A DNA stretch of 64,000 bases from a virus: IMG/VR virus record IMGVR_UViG_3300047160_015156, positions 1 through 64,000 of that record. One strand, 5' to 3'. Every line of letters begins with the position of its first letter. Position 1 is the first letter of the stretch. A program made the translations under genes and the position numbers. Positions 37,474-46,538 of the stretch are shown one piece after another. Under the pieces are notes generated by a model. The model saw only the letters and a program-made list of their open reading frames with translations, was not told where the DNA came from and ran no database searches.

Positions 37474-37754
37474 TTGAAGCGTCACCGGAATTCGGTCTCC
37501 TCGCTCAGATCGATCGTCCGGCGGCAAAGAAGTCCCTAAAGAGGGCGTACGTGATCGCACGGTGTCATGCTGCTCGCGCGGCATTGTTCCTCGGTCTGAC
37601 CCGACGTCGTTTCTACAAGTGGGTGGTGAGACTGGGGCTCCTACATTGGATGCAGGAGACAACGAAGATCGCGCGGCGGCAGGGGTGGTTTCGTGACCAC
37701 GTCACACCCGATCGGTTCGTCAGAAAGTTCACACCTTCTTTGACGCAGTCGTGA
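37452..37754 (+). CDS. Fis-type helix-turn-helix protein
   Basis: HAARAALFLGLTRRRFYKWVVRLGL resembles the Fis/NtrC HTH; start uncertain. Confidence 0.6.
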   Translation: MATKVHVVEASPEFGLLAQIDRPAAKKSLKRAYVIARCHAARAALFLGLTRRRFYKWVVRLGLLHWMQETTKIARRQGWFRDHVTPDRFVRKFTPSLTQS

Positions 37755-37755
37755 C

Positions 37756-37785
37756 GCATTGCCCCGGTGCTTTTTTCTGTTTTTG
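37756..37785 (+). terminator. Possible rho-independent terminator
   Basis: Weak stem GCATTG-CCC-CGGTGC followed by TTTTTTCTGTTTTT. Confidence 0.45.
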
Positions 37786-37877
37786 TCGTTTCGCTGCGGC
37801 ATCTCTAGACATAGGATCGACAGTGGAGAGTAGCGGGAGCCGCTCCGGTTCCCGAACAAGGAGGTCCTACTACCAGA

Positions 37878-40067
37878 ATGAGCAATCACACCGGGGATGC
37901 GGCGGCGGTGAAGCACCTTTCGAAGTCTCGCCAGGACGCGAAAGAGATCTGGAATGGCCCCACGACTAGGGCGTGGGTGAAGACGAAGAAGGCCGGGGGC
38001 AAGGCGTGGGAGCGCTTTGACGAGCTCGCGACCAAGGTGGTCGCTCGAGAGATCACCTTCGAGGTCTTCGTGAAGGAGACGAAGGCGGAGTTCAGGGTCA
38101 TGGCGCTCGCGGCGACGCGCCGCCGCAGGCCTCCGTACTGGTTCGAGCTCGAGGACATCATCACCCTCCTCGTCTCGCACTTCTGGTACTACGCCTTCGT
38201 CCACGTCGGGCGCGACGGTCAAGTGGGTTTCGTCCCTGGTAAGGGGACGACCGAAGGCGAGTACCTTCGGTGGAACATCATGCAACGGGTGCAGAAGGAT
38301 CTCGGCCGCGCCCGCGGCGAGAACATGCACACGCAACGCATGTTCGGACCCTCACCGGAGGTGGTGACGTCGACGGGCGACTTCTCTCAGGTTCAGGTGT
38401 GGAAGGACCACGGGACTGAGGGTGAGTCGTTCGAGATCGAGTTCGATGAGCATCGGCGGTGTGACGCCCTCGAGCGCCTCACGCGCGCCGCGCGCGAGTT
38501 CGTGGTTCAGAACGAGGTGGAGAAGCAGCTCTCCCAGACCCGGAATCGGAAGACGAGGCAAGGCGAGATCCGAGAGTTCATCCTCGGTTCGCACCCGAAG
38601 GACGTGCGGGAGTCGCTGAAGACTCTCGGGTTCAGGAAGGGTGACGAGCTCGAGGTGGTCGAGAACATGAGCGAGCTCATCGCACGCGGCATGATGACGG
38701 GCGCGGCATCCTCTTCTGAGCCAGCATCGTGCGAAGAGTCAGAGCTCACTCGCGGAGCGCACCGTCGCGGTCGAGTTTCTTGTCTCGGAAAGGTCGTTAT
38801 GAGCATCGTGGGCGCCACGCGGATCGATCGCGTGTGGGAAGGCAAACTTCGCGAAAACTACGCGTCGATCACCAATGACTTCGCTCTCGGGAAGACGAAG
38901 GAAGAGGTCGTTCGAGGTCTCGAACAGCACTTCGAGAAAAACACGCCGAAGGACAAGCTCGCCAACTGCAACATCTGCGGCGGCCATTCGGACGAGTCGC
39001 TTCCGGCGTGTCCCTACTGCGAGGACCAGGGGCCGGAGGAGCTCGGCGCTCCCGTTCCCGCGGAGTCGGGCGTGGTTGCCACCGCGAAGGCATCGGCACC
39101 GGAGTCGGAGGCCCTACCGGGCACGGAGATCGACGCCTCGAAGATGGAGGCGGAGACCCTCGAGCAGCCGAAGAAGAAGGGTGGACGGAAGAGCGCTCAG
39201 GAGAAGATGAACGCTCAGATGGAGGTCGCAGAGAAGAAGAAGGTCAAGGCGCCGAAGGCTTCACCGAAGCCGAGTACGCCGGTCCTCGACATCGCCGAAG
39301 CCAAACCGGTGGTGACGGAGGCGGACCTCGATCGCGAGCTCATGAATTATCGGGAAGCCGGACGGCGGAATGCTGCCAGTTTCTGGCACATGGGCGTGGC
39401 GATCTCGAAGATCCATCTCGGCTTGTGGGAACAGCGTCGGGATGGGGAGAAACGCAAGTACAAGTCGTGGAATCAGTTCGTGGAAGCGGAGTTGAAGATC
39501 GCGGTTCAGCATGCGAACCGCCTTCGAAACGTGGCAGATCACTTCACCGAAGAGTCTGCGGCGAAGTACGGCGCCACCATTCTCATGGTCATCGATCGTG
39601 CTCCGAAGGAAGAGCATTCTCGTTTGATGGAGAAGGTGGACAACGGAGATGCCTCTTCGGTGAGTGCCCTCGCGAAAGAGGTCAAGGAGATTCGCGAGGC
39701 GAAGGGCATCACGGTCCTCGATTCCGAGGAGAACAAGAAAAAGTCGGAGACGAAGACCAACGCGATGCCGTCGAAGGCGGCACGAGAGAAGGCCGCAGCC
39801 AAGCGGCTCGAGAAGAAGGCATCGATCACTTTTGGGCTCAAGTCGGAAACGGGCATGAGCGATCCTCTCATGGTCCGACCCGACGGTCCTCAGTCGGATC
39901 CGGTTCCCTTTATCTGCCCCCCGGAGTTGAGGGAGACTCTCGGGAAGTGTTACGCATCGATGTTCAAGAGCATCAACGGCATTACCATGCACCAAGCGTG
40001 TGTGGTGAATGACGACGGCACCGTCCAGTTTCGGTGGACAGGCACTCGTGAGGCCGAAGACGACTGA
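37878..40067 (+). CDS. Divergent sigma-70-like N-terminal domain in frame with a Zn-ribbon / Lys-rich protein (probable second start at 38799)
   Basis: ELEDII...FVPGKGTTEGEYLRWNIMQRV resembles sigma region 2.2-2.4; CNICGG..CPYC further downstream; internal promoter motif at 38703. Confidence 0.5.
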   Translation: MSNHTGDAAAVKHLSKSRQDAKEIWNGPTTRAWVKTKKAGGKAWERFDELATKVVAREITFEVFVKETKAEFRVMALAATRRRRPPYWFELEDIITLLVSHFWYYAFVHVGRDGQVGFVPGKGTTEGEYLRWNIMQRVQKDLGRARGENMHTQRMFGPSPEVVTSTGDFSQVQVWKDHGTEGESFEIEFDEHRRCDALERLTRAAREFVVQNEVEKQLSQTRNRKTRQGEIREFILGSHPKDVRESLKTLGFRKGDELEVVENMSELIARGMMTGAASSSEPASCEESELTRGAHRRGRVSCLGKVVMSIVGATRIDRVWEGKLRENYASITNDFALGKTKEEVVRGLEQHFEKNTPKDKLANCNICGGHSDESLPACPYCEDQGPEELGAPVPAESGVVATAKASAPESEALPGTEIDASKMEAETLEQPKKKGGRKSAQEKMNAQMEVAEKKKVKAPKASPKPSTPVLDIAEAKPVVTEADLDRELMNYREAGRRNAASFWHMGVAISKIHLGLWEQRRDGEKRKYKSWNQFVEAELKIAVQHANRLRNVADHFTEESAAKYGATILMVIDRAPKEEHSRLMEKVDNGDASSVSALAKEVKEIREAKGITVLDSEENKKKSETKTNAMPSKAAREKAAAKRLEKKASITFGLKSETGMSDPLMVRPDGPQSDPVPFICPPELRETLGKCYASMFKSINGITMHQACVVNDDGTVQFRWTGTREAEDD

Positions 40068-40081
40068 GGAGGAGACCGCGG

Positions 40082-42721
40082 ATGGAGGTGGTCAATGCCT
40101 TCGTCGATGGTCCCGACCTGATCATCCTCGAGCGCGAAGGCGATCGGATCGTCGAGCACAAGACTCGGCCGGAGTACTCGTTCTTTGTCGAGACCGAGCA
40201 ACTTCAGGACGTGGACTTTGCCCGTCAGATTCGGTCGGCCTCCGTCGTCCGCGCGATGGTCAGCGAGGGGCGGTGGACGAGAATCGTCTGGTCTGATGAC
40301 TTCGTCCGGAAGGAGATGCTCTACGGGCGCCTCATCCGGTCGAAGAATCCGGTCACGGGCGAGGAGGAGCGCCGGCGCAATCCATCCCCCTTCCAGACTC
40401 GTGGGATCACCACCTACGAAGGGGACGTGGACCCGGTCCGACGGTGGTTCACGGACACGGGCGCGACGATCGCCAAGCCGCGTCGTGCCTACTTCGACCT
40501 CGAGACCGATTCAAGGGTGAACTTCGCTCATGCGAAGATGGGGCGATCGCGCATCATCTCGATCGCGGCGTGCACCGAGGACGAGTCGAAGAAGTTTCTC
40601 CAGGTCATCAACGCATGGTCCGACTCCGAAGAGCGCCGGATCATCTCCGCGTTCTTCGACTGGATCGATGAGGTCGGTGCCGACCAGCTCATCGCCTGGA
40701 ACGGGGATGGGTTCGACTTCCTCGTGCTCCGGGAACGCATCGAGCGCTTGGGGCTCAACCTCGACATGCGCCGTAAAAACTGGCTCGACCACATGGTCCT
40801 GTTCCGGCGCATGAACATGAACTCCTCCGACTCGGGCGAGGAGAAACAGTCGATGGCCCTGAACGCGATCGCGTTCGCGCAGCTCGGCGAGGGGAAGGAG
40901 GAGATTCCGCCGGAGGTCGCAAAGCGGTGGCCCGGGCGCTCCCTCGGTTCGCTCTCGTATGAGCTCTGGGAAGCCGGCGGCGAGTTCCGGGAGCTCCTGA
41001 CCCGGTACAACATGAAGGACACGCTCTTGATGCCTCGCATCGAGCGGAAAACGGGCTACATCGCTCTCTTCGACACCCTCGCGGACGTGTGCCGGGTGCT
41101 CCCGAACTCCGTCGGGCTTCAGCCGACGAAGCAGATGGACGGCTTCATGCTCCGCCTCGCCCTCGAGCGGAAACATCACTTCGCCACGAAGGTTTTCCGG
41201 GAGAAGGGGGAGGAGGAAGAGCGGGACCAGTTCGCCGGCGCGTTCGTGATGCAGCCTCGAACCGTGGGCTCCAAAAAGAAGGAGGACGACTGGACTCCGG
41301 ACCAGGCGGAAGCGTGGCGCCTGAAGATGAAGCTCGAGAACGGCATCCTTCGGGATGTTCACGTCGCCGACTTCGCCTCGCTCTATCCCTCGATCATCAT
41401 CACCTGGAACATGTCGCCGGAGACGAAGCTGCAAAACGCAGCCGTCAACGGGCCCATCGCCCCGGGTACCTGCAGATCGCCGCTCACGGGGGTGTGCTTC
41501 GATGTGACGGTCGAGGGCATTCTACCAGCGGCCCTGAAGACCATGATCGCGATGCGGAAGGTATGGTCCGACCGCGCGGCCAAGCTTCCACCGGGTACCC
41601 CGGAGGCCAAGGAGGCCCAGCGCCGGTCCATGGCGTACAAGGTGGCCGCCAACTCCTTCTATGGCGTCGTCGGTTCCCCCTTCTCCAGGTACTTCGATCG
41701 CGAGGTCGCAGAGTCTGTCACCCAAAACGGGGTGTGGCTGATCAAGCGCACGATTGCCGAAGCCGAGGAGCGGGGCATGGAGGTGCTCTACGGCGATACC
41801 GATTCGTTCTTTGCCATGAACGTGACGCAGACCGAGTACGAGGCCTTCGTCTCGTGGTGCAATGATACCTTGTACCCAGACATCCTACAGAAGGTCGGGT
41901 GCACGGAGAACCGGATCAAGCTCGCATACGAGAAGGCGTTCTCGTTGGTCATGTTCACGGCGAAGAAGCGATACGCCGGGTGTTTCCTCCACTATAAGGG
42001 CACGGCGGCAAAACCGGTGCCAGGTGAGGGAGAGGTCTTCGACAAGAAGCTCCATTCGAGGCCGGAGATCAAGGGGTTCGAGTACAAGCGCGGGGATGTG
42101 AGCGTGCTCGCGCGGAGACTGCAGGAAAAGGCGATCATGACGCTCATGCGCGGGGTGGTGAGGCCCGAGGCCTACCGTCAGCTCCTCAGCGAAGCCCTCA
42201 CCCATGTCGCGACCGCGGAGCTCCCTCTCGAGGAGGTTCAGATCTCGAAGTCCCTGTCTCAGGAGACGAAGAAGTACCACCGGAAGACGGCCAAGGGCGC
42301 GGACCAAGCCGTACCCCCGCACGTGCGTGTGGCGGAGGTGCTCGAAGCGAAAGGCCTCGAGCTCGGCGAAGGTTCCCGCGTCTCCTACGTGGTCACGGAC
42401 AGCTCCGACGGCATCAAGGCGATACCGGCGCAGGACTACAAGGGTCAGATCGATCGTTACTACTTGTGGGAGAGCATGGTCTATCCCCCGACGCAGCGGC
42501 TCCTACAGGCCGCGTTCCCGGCTCAGGATTGGGTGACAGGCCTCGAGCGCATTCGGCCGAAGCAGACTCGGGGGAAGCGCGTACTACCGGGGCAGGAGTC
42601 TCTCTTCGGGGACGCGGCCGACCCGATCGGGGAGCACGCGCGCAAGTTGCGGCATCTTGAAACCGCCTGGGTGAACGCGATGACGCGATCGCTTGAGGCG
42701 GAGGTCGCATGGCGCGGGTGA
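40082..42721 (+). CDS. polB: Family B DNA polymerase with 3'-5' exonuclease
   Basis: FDLET, WNGDGFDF, YNMKD, DFASLYPSII, KVAANSFYG, YGDTDS, KKRYA. Confidence 0.95.
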   Translation: MEVVNAFVDGPDLIILEREGDRIVEHKTRPEYSFFVETEQLQDVDFARQIRSASVVRAMVSEGRWTRIVWSDDFVRKEMLYGRLIRSKNPVTGEEERRRNPSPFQTRGITTYEGDVDPVRRWFTDTGATIAKPRRAYFDLETDSRVNFAHAKMGRSRIISIAACTEDESKKFLQVINAWSDSEERRIISAFFDWIDEVGADQLIAWNGDGFDFLVLRERIERLGLNLDMRRKNWLDHMVLFRRMNMNSSDSGEEKQSMALNAIAFAQLGEGKEEIPPEVAKRWPGRSLGSLSYELWEAGGEFRELLTRYNMKDTLLMPRIERKTGYIALFDTLADVCRVLPNSVGLQPTKQMDGFMLRLALERKHHFATKVFREKGEEEERDQFAGAFVMQPRTVGSKKKEDDWTPDQAEAWRLKMKLENGILRDVHVADFASLYPSIIITWNMSPETKLQNAAVNGPIAPGTCRSPLTGVCFDVTVEGILPAALKTMIAMRKVWSDRAAKLPPGTPEAKEAQRRSMAYKVAANSFYGVVGSPFSRYFDREVAESVTQNGVWLIKRTIAEAEERGMEVLYGDTDSFFAMNVTQTEYEAFVSWCNDTLYPDILQKVGCTENRIKLAYEKAFSLVMFTAKKRYAGCFLHYKGTAAKPVPGEGEVFDKKLHSRPEIKGFEYKRGDVSVLARRLQEKAIMTLMRGVVRPEAYRQLLSEALTHVATAELPLEEVQISKSLSQETKKYHRKTAKGADQAVPPHVRVAEVLEAKGLELGEGSRVSYVVTDSSDGIKAIPAQDYKGQIDRYYLWESMVYPPTQRLLQAAFPAQDWVTGLERIRPKQTRGKRVLPGQESLFGDAADPIGEHARKLRHLETAWVNAMTRSLEAEVAWRG

Positions 42722-43389
42722 AGAAGGAGAGTGGTCAGAAACTCGAGGATGTGACGAAGACGATCGAGCTCGAAGGAGCAAAGCTGAACATCGATGTTCA
42801 GCAAAGCCGGGAGCTCCTCGACGCCCTCGAATCCGCCGACTCCCAAACCGACCTCGAAAGCGCCCGCGCCGGCCTCTTCGAATCGGCGAACGCGGCCGAG
42901 GAGCGGCCCATCGACCCCCGCATGGGGAAGCTCGTAGAGCGCACGTTCAAGCCTCTCGATTGGGAGAAGGTTCTCGATCGCTTCGAGGCTTGGATGAGCC
43001 TCGGAGACCGGCGCACGGAGGAGCAGTTCATCCGCCGCGCGCACGAGGAGGGTCCGGAGATCGTCAAGGACATCTACGACGTCTTCATCCAAGTCCGGTT
43101 CGCGCGTGAGGCTTGGGAGCTCGAGAATCAGCTCATGCTCGGCGGCATGCGTGACGAGGCCCAAAAGGTCCTCGAGCGCGAGAAGGAGCGCAAGCTGAGG
43201 ACGAAGGCGATCACCATCGATGACGTCACCCACAAGGCGGCATCGATGTTCCCCGACGAATGGGCGGCGCAAGAGAAGCGCAGGCTTCAATACAAGCTTA
43301 TCGAAGATCGCTCCAAGCATTGTGTGGAGATAGGTACCACACGATGTCGGGTGCTTGATTCGATGATGGCTCGACTCCGCGTGACGTAG
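42709..43389 (+). CDS. Hypothetical helical protein
   Basis: SD GGAGG; overlaps the end of polB. Confidence 0.65.
   Translation: MARVKKESGQKLEDVTKTIELEGAKLNIDVQQSRELLDALESADSQTDLESARAGLFESANAAEERPIDPRMGKLVERTFKPLDWEKVLDRFEAWMSLGDRRTEEQFIRRAHEEGPEIVKDIYDVFIQVRFAREAWELENQLMLGGMRDEAQKVLEREKERKLRTKAITIDDVTHKAASMFPDEWAAQEKRRLQYKLIEDRSKHCVEIGTTRCRVLDSMMARLRVT
42783..42802. repeat. Dispersed perfect palindrome, copy 4 (GCTGAACATCGATGTTCAGC), inside a CDS
   Basis: Read directly; encodes LNIDVQ. Confidence 0.95.
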
Positions 43390-43431
43390 TCGAACCTTCC
43401 CACCCCCCTAGAGAACATCCAAGAGGACGCC

Positions 43432-44640
43432 ATGGCTGAATTCCAGACGGTCGACGACTTTCTCAATCACAAGGGGAACGAACCCTTCGGACTGAAGAAC
43501 CTGAAAGGGTGGGCCAAGTCACCTGGCTACCTACACGCGTGGCTTCACACCCGTCAGGTTCCGGTTGCGGTGTGGTTGCATCGGATCCCGGAGAAGGTGA
43601 TTCGCAAGGACAAGGACAACCGCGAGCGCGAGCTCGTGAACGTCTGGGGCCGCCAGCACGTGTGCTGGGAGGACGAGACGATCCTGAAGAAGCAGCGGAT
43701 GCGGGTCGAGGGACGCCGCGAGTTCCCTCCCCAGCGCTGCGGGGTCTGTCGCCTGATCGAGAAGGTTCGCGAGCTCATGTTGAGCCACGACCTCGCCGAC
43801 ACGGACGTTCTCTTCAAGTTCGAGGGCTCCGACAAGCCGGAGGAGAACACCATCATCCATGCCGGCGGTCTCGCGAACGTGTGGAAGCGAGACATGAAGG
43901 AAGAGGACAAGGAGCGTCTCAAGAAGCACGGGATCTACATGGGGAACTCGGGCAACAAGATGGGCGCATGGTCCGAGAACATGCAGCCGAAGCTGAACTA
44001 CGTCTTCGCCCTCGTGAATCACGACTCGGTGCAGGACGGTCTCCAGGTCGCCACCCAAACGGAGGTCCTCGGCAAGAAGGTGCAGAACCTCATCAAGGAC
44101 GAGATCCTGTCCAAGGACGACCTCGGAAACCCCTTCCTCCACCCCTACTGCATCCGGTTCCAACACAAGCCGGAGGAGAAGGCGTTCGACGACAAGTACC
44201 ACGTCCTCCGCATGGACAAGAACAAGCTCACACCGGAGATCGAGAAGATCATCCGGAGTGACAAGCCGGACATCCGGCGCTTCACCAAGCGGTACAACCA
44301 ACGCCAGATGCGGGCGACGCTCGAGGCGCACGCGACGGAACTCGGGAAGCGGTTGCCCTGGGATGAGATCTTCAACGTGCCGGGGTACAAGGAGGACGAG
44401 GAAGAGACCAAGCCTCAGGAGACCCGGACCCCAGAGGTTGGACACACCGCGGCCGCGCCTCCCAACACGATCCCCTGCGACGACTGCAAGCATCCGATGC
44501 TCGAGACGGAGACGGTGTGCGGCAAGTGCGGGGCGAAGTACGAGGACGACGGTGCAGCGCCGGCGGCATCTCCTCCCAAAGAGGAATCGTTCGGGGATGC
44601 CGTCTACGTCCAAGGCGGCGACTCGGACGTCCCCTTCTGA
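43432..44640 (+). CDS. Probable single-stranded DNA-binding protein (gp32-like) with a C-terminal Zn ribbon
   Basis: Acidic tail DSDVPF; CGVC and CDDC..CGKC motifs; lies between polymerase and recA. Confidence 0.6.
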   Translation: MAEFQTVDDFLNHKGNEPFGLKNLKGWAKSPGYLHAWLHTRQVPVAVWLHRIPEKVIRKDKDNRERELVNVWGRQHVCWEDETILKKQRMRVEGRREFPPQRCGVCRLIEKVRELMLSHDLADTDVLFKFEGSDKPEENTIIHAGGLANVWKRDMKEEDKERLKKHGIYMGNSGNKMGAWSENMQPKLNYVFALVNHDSVQDGLQVATQTEVLGKKVQNLIKDEILSKDDLGNPFLHPYCIRFQHKPEEKAFDDKYHVLRMDKNKLTPEIEKIIRSDKPDIRRFTKRYNQRQMRATLEAHATELGKRLPWDEIFNVPGYKEDEEETKPQETRTPEVGHTAAAPPNTIPCDDCKHPMLETETVCGKCGAKYEDDGAAPAASPPKEESFGDAVYVQGGDSDVPF

Positions 44641-44649
44641 GGTGAGAAC

Positions 44650-45825
44650 ATGGCCAGGACGAAGCTCGAGGCAGGCACCGAAAAGGTGCCGAAGAAACCC
44701 CTATCTTCGCTCGCGAAGCGCTTCGGAGGCCTCGGGTTTCGTCCGGCGTCGCAAGTCCTCACATCCGTGCTCGCAGTACCGACCCGGTTCGTCCAGGTCG
44801 ACTACGCGACGCGGGTGTGGGGATGGCCGATCCAACGTGCAGCCGTCATCCATGGCCCCTCCAACGAGGGGAAGACAGCATTCGCGATCGGTCTCTGCGG
44901 CTCGTTCATCGAAGCCGGCGGGATGGCTAAGTACGACGATGCCGAGCGGACGACCACGGGGGACTGGTGCCGGGACCTTCTCGGCAAGGAGGTGGCGGAG
45001 AGCGATCGCTTCATCGCCTCGCGCCCACCCTCCTATGAGAAGGCCGTCGACGAAGCGCGAAGTTTCCATCGCGCAGTCGCGGATGCTCGTCAGGAGGGGG
45101 ATCTACCAGACCATGCCTCCGCCGTTCACATCATTGACAGTCTCAGGAAGCTCGTTCCCGAGGACATCTTGGAGAAGATCCGGAAGTCCGGGGCCTCGGG
45201 AAAGGAGGGCCACGTCGACGGTATGGGCGGGCGCGCGGCGCAGATTCGGGCAGCTCTGAACGCCGCTTGGCTCGACGAGCTCATACCGATCCTCGACACG
45301 TGTAAGACCGCGTGGGTCGCGATCGCGAGGGAGTCGGAAGACCCCGAAGCCGATGTCTGGGATCGGAAGTTCGGGAACGACTACAAGGTCCAAGGTGGGA
45401 AAGCCATCGTCTACGACGCGGCGCTTCGGTGCCGGATCGAGCGCGCGGGTTGGATCTACATCGAGAGAGAAGGGAAGAAGGTGGTAGCGGGGGAGCGACA
45501 CCGGGTAACGGTCCTGAAGACGAAGGTGGGTGTGAAGGAAGGGCGGGCAAGCGTCGCCTACTTCCACACCTCGAACGGTCTCCTTTGCCCCGCTGGCTAC
45601 GACCGCGCCCGCGACGTCGCCGAGCTCGCGGTCCAGTTCGGAATCGTTTCTCAGGAAAGCTCGGGGACTTCGTGGAAGGGGCAGAAGTGGCGCTCCTTCG
45701 ATCGGTTTCTCGAGGCTCTTCACGGAGCCGACGGGGAGCGGGAGACGCTCGAGGCCGAAGTTCGAGCTCAGTTCACCGCCAGGGCGGAGAAGGACGAGGA
45801 AGAGGATGGAAACGACGAAGCCTAG
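44650..45825 (+). CDS. recA: RecA/UvsX-like recombinase
   Basis: GPSNEGKT, DAE, IIDSL, GGKAIVYDAALR, KTKVG. Confidence 0.85.
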   Translation: MARTKLEAGTEKVPKKPLSSLAKRFGGLGFRPASQVLTSVLAVPTRFVQVDYATRVWGWPIQRAAVIHGPSNEGKTAFAIGLCGSFIEAGGMAKYDDAERTTTGDWCRDLLGKEVAESDRFIASRPPSYEKAVDEARSFHRAVADARQEGDLPDHASAVHIIDSLRKLVPEDILEKIRKSGASGKEGHVDGMGGRAAQIRAALNAAWLDELIPILDTCKTAWVAIARESEDPEADVWDRKFGNDYKVQGGKAIVYDAALRCRIERAGWIYIEREGKKVVAGERHRVTVLKTKVGVKEGRASVAYFHTSNGLLCPAGYDRARDVAELAVQFGIVSQESSGTSWKGQKWRSFDRFLEALHGADGERETLEAEVRAQFTARAEKDEEEDGNDEA

Positions 45826-46486
45826 GATTCTGTTGGATTGTGACGGTGTCATGGCCGACTTTTGCGGGGGGTTTCTCGACGCGATCGAGGAGGAGACGGG
45901 GGAGCGCTTCGGTCATGCCGTGATCACGGAGTGGAACATCACCGACTCGCCCTTCTTCAAGAAGCTGGCGCAGGAACACCGACATCTCAAGGAGCACGTC
46001 TGGGCGCGGGTCAACCGCATCGGGTGGTGCGCGGCGCTGAAGCCGATCGATCGAGCGCAGGAGTGCGTGGAGATTCTGCGAGGGATCGCCGACATCGAGG
46101 TAGTGACATCACCCCTCGACTCGTCGCCGACATGGATGCCGGAACGGAAGGAGTGGCTGAAGCGACACTTCGGCATCCACCCGAATGATGTGCACTTCGT
46201 CTCGAAGAAAGAGCGTGTGATCGGGGACATGCTCCTCGACGACAAGCCCTCTCACTGTCTCTCGTGGCGACGGGAGATGTTGGCGAAGAACATCCCTCAC
46301 TACAACCCCGACTACCCACATCCGGCAGTGATCTTCCATCAACCCTACAATGAGATGCCGTCTGATGAGGTGATGCGGGAGACGTGGCGGGCGTGGGGAT
46401 GGGATGTCGTTGTCGCCATGGTGGAGCGAATGCTCATTCAACCAGGAGACGCGAAAGAGACGACCACTCTCGAAACCCCGTGGTAG
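45806..46486 (+). CDS. 5'(3')-deoxyribonucleotidase (HAD, NT5C-like)
   Basis: ILLDCDGVMADF, VTSP, KEWLKRHF, GDMLLDDKP, QPYN. Confidence 0.85.
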   Translation: METTKPRILLDCDGVMADFCGGFLDAIEEETGERFGHAVITEWNITDSPFFKKLAQEHRHLKEHVWARVNRIGWCAALKPIDRAQECVEILRGIADIEVVTSPLDSSPTWMPERKEWLKRHFGIHPNDVHFVSKKERVIGDMLLDDKPSHCLSWRREMLAKNIPHYNPDYPHPAVIFHQPYNEMPSDEVMRETWRAWGWDVVVAMVERMLIQPGDAKETTTLETPW

Positions 46487-46538
46487 CTTGAACCGTGTCG
46501 GGGCGAGGAGTCTCGACACGGACCGGAGGACGGTGGCG

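Noticed and set aside
40082-42721. Intein or intron in polB, dnaB or recA
   Set aside because: The ORFs are of normal length, with contiguous motifs and no splicing signatures.
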